In this document: positions 10,701-22,011 of the stretch, piece after piece
Numbering within the stretch: position 1 is the first letter of the stretch
Layout: each line of letters opens with the position of its first letter
From: an uncultured Chitinophagaceae bacterium
Lineage (GTDB): Bacteria; Bacteroidota; Ignavibacteria; UBA10030; UBA8401
NCBI GenBank assembly: GCA_964596155.1
Contig: CAZQSI010000001.1
Location: 28,989-92,988, forward strand
DNA length: 64,000 nucleotides
Direction of reading: 5' to 3'
Position numbers and translations under genes: made by a program
Notes under the pieces: generated by a model
What the model saw: the letters and a program-made list of their open reading frames with translations, nothing else
The model's database searches: none
What the model was told of the DNA's origin: nothing

Positions 10701-12290
10701 ATTTCGCCTCCGCCGCATCATGACATCTATTCTATCGAAGATCTTGCTCAGCTGATTTATGATTTGAAAAACGTCAATCCGATTGCCAGGATTTCCGTTA
10801 AACTCGTTTCGGAAGTCGGCGTCGGCACCGTGGCGGCAGGCGTGGCAAAAGCACACGCGGATATGATTCTGATCAGCGGCGACAGCGGGGGAACGGGAGC
10901 ATCGCCGCTGACATCGATTAAACATGCCGGTATACCATGGGAACTCGGTCTTGCCGAAACACAGCAGGTGCTGGTGATGAACGATCTCCGCAGCCGCGTC
11001 CGGCTGCAGACGGACGGAAAACTTCAGACCGGACGCGATGTTGTTATTGCCGCACTGCTCGGTGCGGAAGAGTTCGGTTTTTCCACGGCACCGCTTATTT
11101 CGATGGGATGCATCATGATGCGGAAGTGTCACCTGAACACATGTCCTGTCGGCATTGCGACACAGGATCCGGAATTGCGGAAAAAATTCAAAGGCGCGCC
11201 CGAACATGTGATCAACTTCTTTTTCTATGTTGCGGACGAAGTGCGGGAAATCATGGCGTCGCTCGGATTCAGAACAATTGATGAAATGGTCGGGCGCGTG
11301 GATATGCTGAAACAGCGAACGGATATTGATCACTGGAAGGCGAAGGAAATCAATCTGTCCGCCATACTCCATCAACCGACCGTTCCGCTCCGCATCGGCC
11401 GCCGGTGCATGATTCCGCAGGATCACGGCATCAACGAGGCGATGGATTACCGTCTGCTCGAACAAACAAAAGATGCGCTGGAGGAAAAGAAACCGGTGGA
11501 GTTGTCGCTGCCGATCAGGAATGTGCATCGAACCGTCGGTGCACTGCTCAGCGGCCGGATAGCAAAATATTACGGTGCCGTAGGACTTCCGGAAAACACG
11601 ATCACGATTCATTTTAACGGTTCTGCGGGACAGAGTTTTGGCGCTTTCCTTTCCAAAGGAGTGACGTTGACACTTGAAGGCGATGCCAACGATTATGTCG
11701 GGAAAGGATTGTCGGGAGGAAAAATCATTATTTTTCCTCCGAAGCAATCAACGTTTTCTCCGGAAGAAAACTCCATCGTGGGCAACGTGGTGTTGTACGG
11801 CGCGACGAGCGGCGAAGCGTACTTTGCCGGCAAAGGAGGAGAGCGCTTTGCGGTCCGCAATTCCGGTGCAACGGTGGTTGTGGAATCTGTCGGCGCAAAC
11901 GGATGTGAGTATATGACGAATGGAACGGTTGTCGTCCTCGGGCGGACAGGAAAGAATTTTGCGGCCGGGATGTCGGGCGGATATGCATTTGTGCTGGACG
12001 AAGACGGGGAGTTTGCGTCAAAGATGTGCAACACGGCGATGGTGGATCTTGAATCGATGAATCAGGAGGATGAAGCCCGCGTGCGTGCGCTTATTCATCG
12101 TCACCTTGAATTAACGAAAAGCAGCCGCGCCGCTGCGATCCTCGGGCAGTGGAATTCCTATGCAAAAAAATTCGTAAAAGTATTTCCGCATGATTATAAA
12201 CGCGTGCTGAAAGAACAAGCGGCAAAAAAAGAAAAGGAACTTCTGGTTCCTGGAGGCAACGGGAATGCGGCGGAGGTGATCAATGGGTAA
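7716..12290 (+). CDS. gltB: Glutamate synthase large subunit (amidotransferase, FMN and GXGXG domains)
   Basis: 1524 aa. N-terminal Ntn Cys [11 protein letters not shown]. Full domain complement. Starts 3 nt after the ilvN stop. Confidence 0.95.
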   Translation: MNEPFQNSENFPLYDPRNEHDACGIGFVANIKGSSSHDIVAKGIEILINLTHRGACGCDPETGDGAGLTIQIPHKFFLKECGKSGFTIPAAGSYGVGIVFLPVSQSSRLICEGILERITREEGLSVLGWRDTPVGADAIGRIARASQPYIEQIFIERPEEISRPEFDRKLYVIRKRAESEIAASGIKESDFFYIPSLSSRVIIYKGLLLAEQIEQFYTDLTDEDTESNFCLVHQRFSTNTLPNWKLAHPFRFISHNGEINTMRGNVIWMNARQSVLASDLFGEDLKKLFPVIQPEGSDSAALDNAVELLYHSGRSLPHVMSMLIPEAWSHDDTMSPERKAFFEYHASLMEPWDGPAAVAFTDGAVIGATLDRNGLRPARYVETHDGLFVLASEAGVLTIEPERVKLKGRLEPGKMVLVDLEQHRLILDDEIKDGLSSAKPYAEWIKENLITLEQLPEPPRMHTLNDANIVQRQRVFGYSDEDVRMIITPMAVNGEEAIGSMGTDTPLACLSDKPQSLFSYFKQLFAQVTNPPIDPIREKFVMSLTSYIGTERNILEETPLHCHTLKLQHPVLTNTELEKLRRVSQGDFLTMTLPVLFRVNGGAAELERALDGLCRRASLAIESGYSIIILSDRGSDSEYAPIPSLLAMTAVHNHLVREKTRTQVALVMESGEPREVMHFCLLIGYGASAVNPYLAIETIEDLANKGRLKEGMTSDDAVQHYIKALGKGLLKVFSKMGISTLQSYRGAQIFEAIGLNKQFVEKYFHGTSSRIEGIGLPILVEEARRKHAYSQQPLTLSESELELGGNYHFRINGERHLINPQTVAKLQHSVRQRNYSSFKEFSSLVNDQSTELFTLRGLMEFKTGTKSVHIEDVEPARQIVKRFVTGAMSFGSISKEAHETIAIAMNRIGGKSNTGEGGEDEDRFSSDANGDLRRSAIKQVASGRFGVTANYLVNADEIQIKIAQGAKPGEGGQLPGYKVDEVIAKTRHSIAGVGLISPPPHHDIYSIEDLAQLIYDLKNVNPIARISVKLVSEVGVGTVAAGVAKAHADMILISGDSGGTGASPLTSIKHAGIPWELGLAETQQVLVMNDLRSRVRLQTDGKLQTGRDVVIAALLGAEEFGFSTAPLISMGCIMMRKCHLNTCPVGIATQDPELRKKFKGAPEHVINFFFYVADEVREIMASLGFRTIDEMVGRVDMLKQRTDIDHWKAKEINLSAILHQPTVPLRIGRRCMIPQDHGINEAMDYRLLEQTKDALEEKKPVELSLPIRNVHRTVGALLSGRIAKYYGAVGLPENTITIHFNGSAGQSFGAFLSKGVTLTLEGDANDYVGKGLSGGKIIIFPPKQSTFSPEENSIVGNVVLYGATSGEAYFAGKGGERFAVRNSGATVVVESVGANGCEYMTNGTVVVLGRTGKNFAAGMSGGYAFVLDEDGEFASKMCNTAMVDLESMNQEDEARVRALIHRHLELTKSSRAAAILGQWNSYAKKFVKVFPHDYKRVLKEQAAKKEKELLVPGGNGNAAEVING

Positions 12291-13704
12291 GCCAACCGGA
12301 TTTTTAGAATATCAGCGCGAAGTTCCTCAGCGACGCCCGGTTCCGGAGCGTCTGGAAGACTGGCGGGATGTGTATCAACCGTTTGCAGAGGAAAAATTGA
12401 AACTGCAGGGCGCGCGCTGCATGGATTGCGGAATTCCTTTTTGTCAATCGGGATGTCCCGTGAACAATGTCATTCCTCATTGGAACGATTTTGTCTATCA
12501 GGATCGGTGGGAGGAAGCTGTCCGGATACTTCATTCGACAAACAATTTTCCTGAATTCACGGGAAATGTTTGTCCGGCACCGTGTGAAGCATCATGCGTA
12601 TTAGGCATCAACGAACCCCCCGTCACAATCAAAGTGATTGAACGAACAATTATTGAACATGCATTCGCGCATGGATGGATACAACCCGAACCGCCGCGGC
12701 AGCGGACAGGTAAAAACGTGGCGGTCATCGGTTCCGGACCTTCCGGTTTGGCGGCGGCACAGCAGTTGAATCGTGCGGGACATCTTGTTACCGTGTATGA
12801 GAAAAATGACCGCGTCGGAGGTTTGCTGCGGTACGGCATTCCTGACTTCAAATTTGAGAAACATCTTCTCGACCGGAGAATTTCTCAGCTGCAGGAAGAA
12901 GGAATCATTTTCAAAACAGGAGTGAATGTCGGCGTTGATATTTCGCCAGCCGATCTCCGCGGTATGTATGATGCCGTTGTGTTATGCGGCGGTTCCGAAA
13001 CTCCCAGAAATCTCAACGTCCCAGGGAGGGAGCTTAAGGGAATTCATTTTGCCATGGAGTTTCTGCCGCAGCAAAATCGTCGAATCGCCGGCGATCGGAC
13101 GGACGAATCCAAAGATATACTTGCAACGGGAAAACATGTCATCATCATCGGCGGAGGCGATACCGGCGCCGATTGCCTCGGAACGAGTTTGCGTCAGAAG
13201 GCAGCATCGGTTACGCAGTTTGAAATAATGCCGAAACCGCCGCAGGAACGTGCTGCTTCGACTCCGTGGCCGTTATGGCCGCTTCAGTTGAGAACCGAAA
13301 GTTCGCACGAAGAAGGAGGAAGCCGTGACTGGTCGATAGCAACCACAAAATTCGAAGGAGACGCGGAAGGGAATGTAAAAAAACTTCACGCACTGCGTGT
13401 CGGTTCTCCTCCGTCCTTCACGCCGGTCGACGGCTCCGAATTTACGCTGGATGCCGATCTGGTACTGCTTGCGATGGGTTTCACCGGTCCGGTGCAGGGA
13501 GGATTGCTGAGCGGACTAGGAGTGGCGCTCGATGCACGAAGCAACGTTGCAACGGACAACAATTATATGAGTTCGGTTCCCGGCGTATTTTCTGCGGGAG
13601 ATATGCGCCGGGGTCAGTCGCTCGTCGTCTGGGCAATCAGCGAGGGGCGAAAGGCGGCGCGCGCTGTTGATAAATTTTTAATGGGAGCAACGACGCTTCC
13701 TTAA
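12283..13704 (+). CDS. gltD: Glutamate synthase small subunit (NADPH-dependent, FAD/4Fe-4S)
   Basis: 473 aa. Cys clusters [15 protein letters not shown]. Dinucleotide fold [16 protein letters not shown]. Overlaps the gltB stop by 8 nt. Confidence 0.95.
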   Translation: MGKPTGFLEYQREVPQRRPVPERLEDWRDVYQPFAEEKLKLQGARCMDCGIPFCQSGCPVNNVIPHWNDFVYQDRWEEAVRILHSTNNFPEFTGNVCPAPCEASCVLGINEPPVTIKVIERTIIEHAFAHGWIQPEPPRQRTGKNVAVIGSGPSGLAAAQQLNRAGHLVTVYEKNDRVGGLLRYGIPDFKFEKHLLDRRISQLQEEGIIFKTGVNVGVDISPADLRGMYDAVVLCGGSETPRNLNVPGRELKGIHFAMEFLPQQNRRIAGDRTDESKDILATGKHVIIIGGGDTGADCLGTSLRQKAASVTQFEIMPKPPQERAASTPWPLWPLQLRTESSHEEGGSRDWSIATTKFEGDAEGNVKKLHALRVGSPPSFTPVDGSEFTLDADLVLLAMGFTGPVQGGLLSGLGVALDARSNVATDNNYMSSVPGVFSAGDMRRGQSLVVWAISEGRKAARAVDKFLMGATTLP

Positions 13705-13767
13705 TCGGTGTACGTTACAATTATTACTCTTTCACCTCTTTATGCGGAAAACATTCAGGAGAACAGT

Positions 13768-14823
13768 ATGGCACAAATAAATTTTGGCGGAACGGTTGAA
13801 GAAGTTGTCACCCGAGAGGAATATCCGCTCGAAAAAGCAAAAGAGTTTTTAAAAAATGAAGTTGTCGCAATTATCGGATACGGTCCGCAGGGATACGGTC
13901 AATCCCTGAATATGCGCGACAACGGCATCAATGTGATTGTCGGTCAGCGGAAAGGAGGGAAAGGATGGGATGATGCGGTGAAGGATGGCTGGGTGGAAGG
14001 AAAAAATCTTTTTTCGAATATCGAGGAGGCGATCCGCAAAGGAACGATCGTTCAGTATTTGCTTTCCGATTCGGGTCAGAAACAACAGTGGGACACGGTG
14101 AAAAAAAATCTAAAGAAGGGGCAGGCGCTTTATTTTTCCCACGGATTTTCCGTTGTGTTCAAAGAACAGACAAACATAATTCCTCCGGCAGATGTTGATG
14201 TCGTGCTTGTCGCACCCAAGGGGAGCGGAAGAACTGTGCGAAGCAATTTTCTGGCGGGAAGCGGCATCAATGCAAGCTTTGCCGTATTTCAGGATGCATC
14301 CGGAAAAGCGAGGGAACGGGCGATTGCCTGCGGTATTGCCATCGGTTCCGGATATCTGTTCCCGACAACGTTCGAAAAAGAGGTGCTCTCGGACTTAACG
14401 GGCGAACGGGGAGTGCTGATGGGTGCAATTGCCGGTCTCATGAAAGCGCAATATGATGTTCTCCGGCAGATGGGACATTCGCCGAGCGAAGCATTCAACG
14501 AAACGGTAGAGGAAGCAACGCAAAGTTTATATCCGCTGGTCGGAAAATATGGAATGGACTGGATGTTCGCGGCCTGCTCCGTGACCGCGCAGCGCGGAGC
14601 GCTGGACTGGGCAAAAAAATTCGAGATGGCAAATCGTCCTTTGTTTGAATTGCTGTACAGAGATGTACAATACGGCGTGGAAACAAAGCGGGTACTTGAT
14701 TCAACAAGTTCGCCCGACTACCGCGAAAAACTTCAACTCGAACTTGACGAGTGGAAGAATTCTGAAATGTGGAGAGCCGGCGAGGCGGTACGAAGCCTGC
14801 GTCCGGAAAATTGGAAACAATAA
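13768..14823 (+). CDS. ilvC: Ketol-acid reductoisomerase. Start placed at the internal ATG 13768, after an AGGAGA motif.
   Basis: MAQINFGG...VAIIGYGPQGYGQSLNMRDNG. Typical class I KARI of about 350 aa. The track ORF starts earlier at 13708, but that N-terminus is not KARI-like. Confidence 0.9.
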   Translation: MAQINFGGTVEEVVTREEYPLEKAKEFLKNEVVAIIGYGPQGYGQSLNMRDNGINVIVGQRKGGKGWDDAVKDGWVEGKNLFSNIEEAIRKGTIVQYLLSDSGQKQQWDTVKKNLKKGQALYFSHGFSVVFKEQTNIIPPADVDVVLVAPKGSGRTVRSNFLAGSGINASFAVFQDASGKARERAIACGIAIGSGYLFPTTFEKEVLSDLTGERGVLMGAIAGLMKAQYDVLRQMGHSPSEAFNETVEEATQSLYPLVGKYGMDWMFAACSVTAQRGALDWAKKFEMANRPLFELLYRDVQYGVETKRVLDSTSSPDYREKLQLELDEWKNSEMWRAGEAVRSLRPENWKQ

Positions 14824-14859
14824 CCGAGGAAGCGGACGCTGCTCAATGACGCACACACC

Positions 14860-16428
14860 ATGAAAAAAATATTCACATACGATACGACGCTTCGCGACGG
14901 AACACAGGGAGAGGAAGTTTCCTTTTCCGCCGAAGATAAGATCAAAATTGCGAAAAAATTGGATCTATTCGGCATTGATTACATCGAAGGTGGTTGGCCC
15001 GGTTCAAATCCGAAGGACATGGAGTTTTTTGAAATGGCGAAGACCGTTCAATTTCGGCATGCCAAGATTGCTGCGTTCGGAAGCACCAGAAGGGCAAAGA
15101 ATCCGGTTGAGAACGATGCAAATATTAAGGCGCTGCTTGATGCACAGACGCCGGTCGTGACGATCTTCGGCAAAACATGGCTGCTGCATGTTGTTGAAGC
15201 GCTTCACATCACCGAAGAGGAAAATCTTGAAATAATTTCAGATTCGGTTTCATATCTGAAAAAGCACGACAAAGAAGTGATTTATGATGCGGAGCATTTT
15301 TTTGACGGGTATAAATCAAACAAAGCATATGCCATGAAAACGCTCCGTGCGGCGGAGCAATCCGGAGCCGATGTCATAGTGCTGTGTGATACGAACGGCG
15401 GGACACTCCCTGCGGAGGTTTCATCAATAGTTGCCGAGGTAAAGAGCGGCATCGGCATTCCTCTGGGCATTCATACGCATAATGACTGCGAACTTGGCGT
15501 TGCCAATACGCTGGCGGCGGTGGAACAAGGTGCAGTGCATGTGCAGGGAACGATCAACGGATACGGCGAACGGTGCGGAAACGCAAATTTATGCTCGATT
15601 ATTCCTACACTCGAAATGAAAATGGAATGTGAAACAGTCGGGAAAGAACGGCTTAAAAAGATTACCGAACTGTCGCGCTATGTCAGCGAACTTGCCAACT
15701 TAAAACATAAGAAAAACCTCGCCTTCGTCGGCGAAAGCGCCTTTGCTCACAAAGGCGGAGTGCATGTCAGCGCAGTGATGAAAACGCCAAAAACGTATGA
15801 GCATATCGAACCGGAATCGGTCGGCAACGTCAGGCGCGTACTCGTCTCCGATCTTTCCGGAAAAAGCAATGTGCTCTATAAGGCAGAAGAACTTGGATTG
15901 AAAATGGATGACGCATCACCGGCCGCTCAGCGGGTGGTGGAAGATCTTAAATCGATGGAGCATTACGGATATTATTTTGAAGATGCCGAGGCATCGTTTG
16001 AACTTCTCGTCAAGAAACATACCGGCGAAATAAAGAAACTGTTTGAGCTGGAACGTTTTAAAATCAGCATTCACAAAGATTCGAATGATGCCGATGCCCG
16101 CAGCGAAGCGACCATAAAAATCCGCGTCGGCGAAGAGACCGAAATGACGGCCGCCGAAGGAAACGGACCTGTGAATGCGATGGATAAAGCTTTGCGGAAA
16201 GCGCTTGAGCGCTTCTATCCGCAGTTGAAGGATATTCAGCTAACCGATTATAAAGTACGCGTGCTCGATTCGGAACATGCCACCGCAGCAAAGGTGCGCG
16301 TCCTGATCGAAACGAAAAACGGAACATCATCTTGGAATACCGTCGGCGTCTCGTCCGACGTTGTCGACGCAAGCTGGAAGGCGCTGGTCGACTCCATCAC
16401 CTATCATTTACTGAAAACAAAAGGATAA
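14860..16428 (+). CDS. cimA: (R)-citramalate synthase, Geobacter GSU1798 type. LeuA-family paralogue with a C-terminal LeuA-dimer regulatory domain.
   Basis: 522 aa. [16 protein letters not shown]...[12 protein letters not shown]...HFFDGYK...[16 protein letters not shown]...[27 protein letters not shown] recall these signatures from characterised bacterial citramalate synthases, and they differ from the neighbouring LeuA. Confidence 0.8.
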   Translation: MKKIFTYDTTLRDGTQGEEVSFSAEDKIKIAKKLDLFGIDYIEGGWPGSNPKDMEFFEMAKTVQFRHAKIAAFGSTRRAKNPVENDANIKALLDAQTPVVTIFGKTWLLHVVEALHITEEENLEIISDSVSYLKKHDKEVIYDAEHFFDGYKSNKAYAMKTLRAAEQSGADVIVLCDTNGGTLPAEVSSIVAEVKSGIGIPLGIHTHNDCELGVANTLAAVEQGAVHVQGTINGYGERCGNANLCSIIPTLEMKMECETVGKERLKKITELSRYVSELANLKHKKNLAFVGESAFAHKGGVHVSAVMKTPKTYEHIEPESVGNVRRVLVSDLSGKSNVLYKAEELGLKMDDASPAAQRVVEDLKSMEHYGYYFEDAEASFELLVKKHTGEIKKLFELERFKISIHKDSNDADARSEATIKIRVGEETEMTAAEGNGPVNAMDKALRKALERFYPQLKDIQLTDYKVRVLDSEHATAAKVRVLIETKNGTSSWNTVGVSSDVVDASWKALVDSITYHLLKTKG

Positions 16429-16438
16429 CCACAGAGCT

Positions 16439-17455
16439 ATGATTATTGTCTTAAAACCGGGAACCAAGAAGGAAGAGTACGATCATGTGATCGAACGGGT
16501 GAAGGAATTCGGCTTCAAACCTCACGCCATCGTGGGAGAAGAGCGTACAGTTATTGCCTGCGTCGGCGACGAACGGGGAAAAGCCCAGCTGCAACAGATG
16601 GAATCGCTGGAGTGTGTCGAGAATATCGTACCGATCCTGAAACCATTCAAACTGGCCAGCAGCGAAACGAAGAAAAAACGGACAACAATAAAAATCGGCA
16701 GCGTCGAATTCGGAAACTCGCAGTTTGTGGTCATTGCCGGACCCTGTTCGGTTGAATCCAGAGAGCAGATTATCCAGAGCGCCGAATTGGTGAAAAAAGC
16801 AGGCGCGCAAATGCTGCGGGGCGGGGCTTTTAAGCCGCGAACCTCACCTTATTCCTTTCAGGGACTTGAAGAGGAGGGATTGAAATTTCTTGCGGAGGCG
16901 AGAGAGAAAACCGGATTGCCGTTCGCAACCGAAGTCATTTCTCCCGGCGATGTGCAGCTTGTGGCTCAATATTCCGACATGCTGCAGATCGGCGCCCGCA
17001 ACATGCAAAACTTTGCGCTACTCAAAGAAGTAGGGAAGACAAAGAGACCGATACTTTTAAAACGAGGAATGTCGAGCACGTATAAGGAACTGTTGATGTC
17101 CGCCGAATATGTCATGTCGCAGGGAAATTACGATGTGGTGCTTTGCGAACGCGGAATCCGGACGTTCGAAGATTATACGCGCAACACTTTCGATCTGACC
17201 GCGGTTCCTGCGTTGAAAGAAATGTCCCATCTGCCGGTGATCGTCGATCCGAGCCACGGCACAGGGATCCGAAGTCTCATTCCACCGATGGCGAAAGCGT
17301 CCGTTCCCGTCGGTGCAGACGGCCTCATAATTGAAGTGCATCCCGATCCGGAGAATGCATTTTCGGACGGAGCACAGTCGTTGATGCCGGATCAGTTTTC
17401 GCTGCTCATGGATGAAGTCCGCCGGTATCTACCGCTGGAGAAGAGACATTTATAA
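16439..17455 (+). CDS. aroF: 3-deoxy-7-phosphoheptulonate (DAHP) synthase, type I-beta, with an N-terminal ferredoxin-like/ACT regulatory domain (Thermotoga-like architecture)
   Basis: 338 aa. The N-terminal roughly 90 aa ([45 protein letters not shown]) precede the catalytic core IAGPCSVES...[26 protein letters not shown]...[11 protein letters not shown]...VDPSH. Confidence 0.85.
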   Translation: MIIVLKPGTKKEEYDHVIERVKEFGFKPHAIVGEERTVIACVGDERGKAQLQQMESLECVENIVPILKPFKLASSETKKKRTTIKIGSVEFGNSQFVVIAGPCSVESREQIIQSAELVKKAGAQMLRGGAFKPRTSPYSFQGLEEEGLKFLAEAREKTGLPFATEVISPGDVQLVAQYSDMLQIGARNMQNFALLKEVGKTKRPILLKRGMSSTYKELLMSAEYVMSQGNYDVVLCERGIRTFEDYTRNTFDLTAVPALKEMSHLPVIVDPSHGTGIRSLIPPMAKASVPVGADGLIIEVHPDPENAFSDGAQSLMPDQFSLLMDEVRRYLPLEKRHL

Positions 17456-17500
17456 GTCATCCGGATCACGGCATTATTGAACTGAACGCTGAGGGAGTAT

Positions 17501-19051
17501 ATGAACGACAAAGTATATATTTTTGACACCACGCTGCGCGACGGAGAACAATCTCCGGGCGCCAGCATGAATTTTAACGAGAAGATCCGAATGGCGCGTC
17601 AACTGGAACGCCTGAAGGTTGATGTGATCGAAGCGGGCTTTCCCATTGCGAGCGAAGGAGATTTTGAATCAGTGCGTGAAATAGCGCGGCAGATTCGAAC
17701 CGTCACCATTGCCGGACTTTGCAGGGCGAACAACAACGACATTGACCGCGCCTGGGAGGCGCTGAAGGAAGCAGCGTCACCGAGAATTCATACGTTTATC
17801 GCCACATCCGATATTCATTTAAAATATAAATTGAAAAAAAGCAGGGAGGAAGTGCTTGAAAGCGCCATCAACGCCGTGCGGCGGGCAAAATCGTACTGTG
17901 ATGATGTGGAATTTTCCTGCGAAGATGCATCGCGCACCGATATTGCATTTCTCTGTCAGATCGTGGAAGCGGCGATTGCAGAAGGAGCAACGGTTGTGAA
18001 TATTCCCGATACGGTCGGGTATGCGGTTCCCGGCGAGTACGGAAACATCATTCGGACGCTCTGTGCGACGGTTCCCAACATCAGCAAAGCAATCGTCAGC
18101 GTCCATTGTCACGACGATCTTGGACTGGCGGTTGCGAACTCGCTGTCCGGAGTTTTGAACGGCGCCCGTCAGGTCGAATGCACCGTGAACGGAATCGGCG
18201 AACGGGCCGGAAACGCTTCGCTGGAAGAAATTGTCATGGCGATCCGCACGCGGAGCGAAGCGCTGAACGTGACGACGTCCGTCAACGCGGAAGAAATTTA
18301 CCGCGCGAGCAAAACTCTTGTTTCTCTAACCGGAATGCACGTACAGCGCAACAAAGCAATCGTCGGCGAAAACGCATTTGCCCATGAAGCGGGAATTCAT
18401 CAGGACGGCATGCTGAAGAATCCTCTTACGTATGAAATCATGACTCCCGAAAGCGTCGGCATCAAACATAGCATGCTGATTTTGGGAAAACACTCCGGCA
18501 GGCATGCATTGAAACAGCGGTACGCCGAACTTGGATATACCCTTTCGGCAGACGAAGTGGAAAAGGCGTACGCACTCTTCACCTCGTTGGCGGATGAAAA
18601 AAAGCAAATCTTCGACGATGATCTTGTTGCCTTGCTTCAGGATGAGATTTCTTCAGTGGAAGAAATTTATACGATTGAAACGCTTCAGGTAACGAGCGGA
18701 CTCAATATTGTTCCCACCGCCACGGTCGGTTTGAAAAAGGGTGATGTTTTTGTTCAGGACTCTTCGACCGGGGACGGACCGGTCGATGCGGCATACAGGG
18801 CGATCGGCAGAATTACCGGTATCAAGACGGAATTGCTGGACTACTCCATTAAATCGGTGGCATGGGGACAGGATGCGATTGGGGAGGTATTCGTAAAAAT
18901 TGCCATCGACGGTTATGTGTACAACGGGCGATCGGCAAGCACCGACGTGATAACAGGAAGCGTCAAAGCATATGTTAATGCAATCAATCACGCGCTTGCG
19001 GCACGGCTTCGAAAGCAGCAATCGGACAGTGTTAATGTTGCCGTATGGTAA
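17501..19051 (+). CDS. leuA: 2-isopropylmalate synthase
   Basis: 516 aa. [43 protein letters not shown]. HxH metal site and C-terminal regulatory domain. Confidence 0.9.
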   Translation: MNDKVYIFDTTLRDGEQSPGASMNFNEKIRMARQLERLKVDVIEAGFPIASEGDFESVREIARQIRTVTIAGLCRANNNDIDRAWEALKEAASPRIHTFIATSDIHLKYKLKKSREEVLESAINAVRRAKSYCDDVEFSCEDASRTDIAFLCQIVEAAIAEGATVVNIPDTVGYAVPGEYGNIIRTLCATVPNISKAIVSVHCHDDLGLAVANSLSGVLNGARQVECTVNGIGERAGNASLEEIVMAIRTRSEALNVTTSVNAEEIYRASKTLVSLTGMHVQRNKAIVGENAFAHEAGIHQDGMLKNPLTYEIMTPESVGIKHSMLILGKHSGRHALKQRYAELGYTLSADEVEKAYALFTSLADEKKQIFDDDLVALLQDEISSVEEIYTIETLQVTSGLNIVPTATVGLKKGDVFVQDSSTGDGPVDAAYRAIGRITGIKTELLDYSIKSVAWGQDAIGEVFVKIAIDGYVYNGRSASTDVITGSVKAYVNAINHALAARLRKQQSDSVNVAVW

Positions 19052-19111
19052 CAAAGTATTTTTCCACACCGTTTAGAAATTAAGAATCGACATAAACAGG
19101 AGCAGTGCACA

Positions 19112-20410
19112 ATGCAGATGACCATCACCGAAAAAATTCTTGCAAAACATTCCGGAAAGAGGAGTGTCCGTCCCGGCGACAACATCTGGATTGATGTGGA
19201 CGTGCTAATGACGCATGATGTCTGCGGACCGGGAACATTCGGAATATTCAAACGTGAATTCGGGCAGGATGCAAAAGTGTGGGACAAGGATAAACTGGTC
19301 GTCATTCCCGATCATTATATCTTCACAAACGATACGCACGCAAACCGCAACATTCAGATTCTGCGTGATTTCGCGAAAGAACAGGATCTTCCGCATTATT
19401 ACGATGTCGGAACGCCGCGCTACAAAGGAGTGTGTCATGTGGCGATGCCGGAGGAAGGATTCACTCGTCCCGGTGAGGTGCTTTTCGGCACCGATTCGCA
19501 TACATGCACCGCAGGAGCGTTCGGGGAATTTGCAACCGGCATCGGCAACACCGATGCTGCATTTGTTCTCGGTACAGGAAAATTGTGGGTAAAAGTTCCC
19601 GAAACGATGAAATTCATCTTTGAGGGAGAGATGCCGAAATACTTAATGGCGAAAGATCTCATTCTTGCCGTGATCGGAACTATCGGTGTGGACGGAGCGA
19701 CGTATCGCGCGATGGATTTCTGCGGATCAACCGTAGATGCTATGACGATGGAAGACAGAATGACGCTCTGCAACATGGTGATTGAGGCGGGAGGAAAAAA
19801 CGGAATCTGCGCGCCGGATAAAACGACCACCGATTATGTGCAGGCGAGAACAACAAAACCGTTCGAAACATTTTTTAATGACAGCGGCGCGAAGTATCGC
19901 ACAATTCACAGATTTAATGTGAAGGAGATAGAACCGACGATTGCGAAGCCGCACTCGCCGGACAATAAAGCCTTCGTCAGCGAAGTGGCGGGAACAAAAC
20001 TGGACCGCGCATATATCGGAAGCTGCACCGGAGGAAAAATTTCCGATTTCATTGCAGCCGCGGAGATCATGTACGGCGAGAAAGTGAAAATTGACACCTA
20101 TATCGTTCCCGCCACGACAGATGTTGCAAAAGAAATCACTTCAATCAAAGTGAAAGACAAGACCGTCATGCAGATCTTTGAGGAAGCCGGTTGCCGGATC
20201 GGTGATTCGTCCTGCGCAGCGTGTCTCGGCGGACCTTCCGACACATTCGGAAGATTGAACGGCGTCGAAGTATGCATCTCGTCGACAAACAGAAACTTTC
20301 CCGGCAGAATGGGTTCAAAAAAATCCCAGGTCTATCTTGCGTCGCCGTACACCGTTGCAGCGTCTGCCGTGAAAGGGGTAATTACAAATCCCAGAGAATT
20401 TTTCAATTAA
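19112..20410 (+). CDS. leuC: 3-isopropylmalate dehydratase large subunit (short, archaeal-type LeuC/HACN)
   Basis: 432 aa. Aconitase-family motifs DHYIF...GVCHVAMPEEG...GTDSHTCTAGAFG. Three Cys ligands. Confidence 0.9.
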   Translation: MQMTITEKILAKHSGKRSVRPGDNIWIDVDVLMTHDVCGPGTFGIFKREFGQDAKVWDKDKLVVIPDHYIFTNDTHANRNIQILRDFAKEQDLPHYYDVGTPRYKGVCHVAMPEEGFTRPGEVLFGTDSHTCTAGAFGEFATGIGNTDAAFVLGTGKLWVKVPETMKFIFEGEMPKYLMAKDLILAVIGTIGVDGATYRAMDFCGSTVDAMTMEDRMTLCNMVIEAGGKNGICAPDKTTTDYVQARTTKPFETFFNDSGAKYRTIHRFNVKEIEPTIAKPHSPDNKAFVSEVAGTKLDRAYIGSCTGGKISDFIAAAEIMYGEKVKIDTYIVPATTDVAKEITSIKVKDKTVMQIFEEAGCRIGDSSCAACLGGPSDTFGRLNGVEVCISSTNRNFPGRMGSKKSQVYLASPYTVAASAVKGVITNPREFFN

Positions 20411-20572
20411 AAAATGTACATCCGACACAGTGAAACAACAAAACGGATTTACCGGGAAATTCCGGTATATTGACAGTGACAGTATTACAGGAAAAAACGG
20501 AAGCGCGGTGTTCCGAAACCACGGTAACAGCGACGGTTGGAAGGATTTTTTTTACATTACAATGAGCAGTGA

Positions 20573-21142
20573 ATGAAACCATTAATCAAAGGCAAAGCAT
20601 TTGTTCTCGGTAACGATATCGATACCGATCAGATTATTCCCGCAGCGCACCTTGTGTACAAGCTGGATGACAATGAAGAAAAGAAAAACTACGGACGGTA
20701 TGCTTTCTCCGGCGTGCCGATAGAGAAATCGGGTCTACCCGACGGAAACATTCCGTTCATTAATGAGGGAGAGTGGAAAAGCATCTATACTATCGTCATC
20801 GGAGGAAAAAATTTCGGCTGCGGTTCGTCGCGTGAACATGCACCGTTTGCACTTCAGGTAGCGGGGATTGAAGCCGTTGTGGCAGAAAGTTACGCCAGAA
20901 TTTTTTACAGAAATTCTATTGACGGAGCCTTTGTTGCTCCGTTCGAAACGACGTTTCATCTTGCCGAAGAAATCAACACCGGCGACGAACTTGAACTGAA
21001 TACAACGGATGGTATTTTAAAAAACCTGACGTCGAAGAAAGAATATCAACTGAACCCGCTCGGCGACATCGAGCATATTCTCCGGGGCGGAGGCATTTTT
21101 TCCTATGCCCGCTCATCGGGGATGATCAAACAACGGCAATAA
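20573..21142 (+). CDS. leuD: 3-isopropylmalate dehydratase small subunit
   Basis: 189 aa. Aconitase swivel domain GKNFGCGSSREHAPFAL. Separated from leuC by an unusual 162-bp spacer. Confidence 0.9.
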   Translation: MKPLIKGKAFVLGNDIDTDQIIPAAHLVYKLDDNEEKKNYGRYAFSGVPIEKSGLPDGNIPFINEGEWKSIYTIVIGGKNFGCGSSREHAPFALQVAGIEAVVAESYARIFYRNSIDGAFVAPFETTFHLAEEINTGDELELNTTDGILKNLTSKKEYQLNPLGDIEHILRGGGIFSYARSSGMIKQRQ

Positions 21143-21181
21143 TTCAATTCCGGCGACACTCATGAACGATTTCATACGCAT

Positions 21182-22006
21182 ATGCTGAATAAGTCCATCG
21201 CAATCATCGGAGCAGGCAATATGGGGACGGCGTTAATCCGCGGAATCCTGAACGCCGGTCTGACAAGCGCAAAAAAAATTCATGCCAGCGGCACACGCAG
21301 CGAAAAACTGGAACGGCTGGCAACGGAATACTCCATCAATGCCGCATCGAGCAATGCCGAAGCGGCTTCTCATGCAGATATTATTATCCTCTGCGTAAAA
21401 GCGGCGGTAATCCGGAACGTACTGGAAGAAATTTCGGAATCACTCCACAAAAATCAATTTATTATTTCCATTGCTGCGGGAGTCACCATCGCTTCCATGG
21501 AGAAGATTATCGGAAAGCAGATACCGGTTGTTCGATGCATGCCGAACATTGCGTCAACGGTCGGATGCGGTTCGACGGCGATCTCGTTCGGCACACATGT
21601 TCACACAACGCAGCATGATATCGCCGTAAAAATTTTCGAAGCGGTGGGTGATGTTGTGGTTGTGGGCGAGCAGCATCTCGATGCTGTGACGGGATTGAGC
21701 GGCAGCGGTCCGGCCTATATCTACATGGTCATCGAAGCTTTGATCGACGGCGGCGTAAAAATGGGACTGCCGCGCGATATTTCGACAACGCTCGCAGTTC
21801 AAACCGTGCTTGGTTCCGCAACGCTGGTAAAGGAATCAAACATCCATCCTGCAATTCTGCGCGACAGGGTTACGACTCCGGGAGGGACGACGATCAACGC
21901 GATCCATGAACTTGAATCACACGGATTGCGGTCGATGCTTATTGATGCTGTCGCGACGGCGACGAACCGCTCCCGCGAACTTTCCGAACTTGCAGAAAAA
22001 CAGTGA
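21182..22006 (+). CDS. proC: Pyrroline-5-carboxylate reductase
   Basis: 274 aa. [17 protein letters not shown]...[20 protein letters not shown]...[22 protein letters not shown]...[20 protein letters not shown]. Confidence 0.8.
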   Translation: MLNKSIAIIGAGNMGTALIRGILNAGLTSAKKIHASGTRSEKLERLATEYSINAASSNAEAASHADIIILCVKAAVIRNVLEEISESLHKNQFIISIAAGVTIASMEKIIGKQIPVVRCMPNIASTVGCGSTAISFGTHVHTTQHDIAVKIFEAVGDVVVVGEQHLDAVTGLSGSGPAYIYMVIEALIDGGVKMGLPRDISTTLAVQTVLGSATLVKESNIHPAILRDRVTTPGGTTINAIHELESHGLRSMLIDAVATATNRSRELSELAEKQ

Positions 22007-22011
22007 CTCGC

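Noticed and set aside
10698-11747. 349-aa minus-strand ORF inside gltB. Similar antisense ORFs occur at 25144..25824, 37414..37971, 45451..46260 and 53652..54386.
   Set aside because: All lie entirely within strongly supported genes on the other strand and have low-complexity, Arg/Cys-rich translations typical of antisense frames in GC-balanced coding DNA.
20415-20474. 19-codon ORF (MYIRHSETTKRIYREIPVY) in the leuC-leuD spacer as a possible leader peptide
   Set aside because: No enrichment for regulatory (Leu/Ile/Val) codons and no following terminator structure. Likely a chance ORF.
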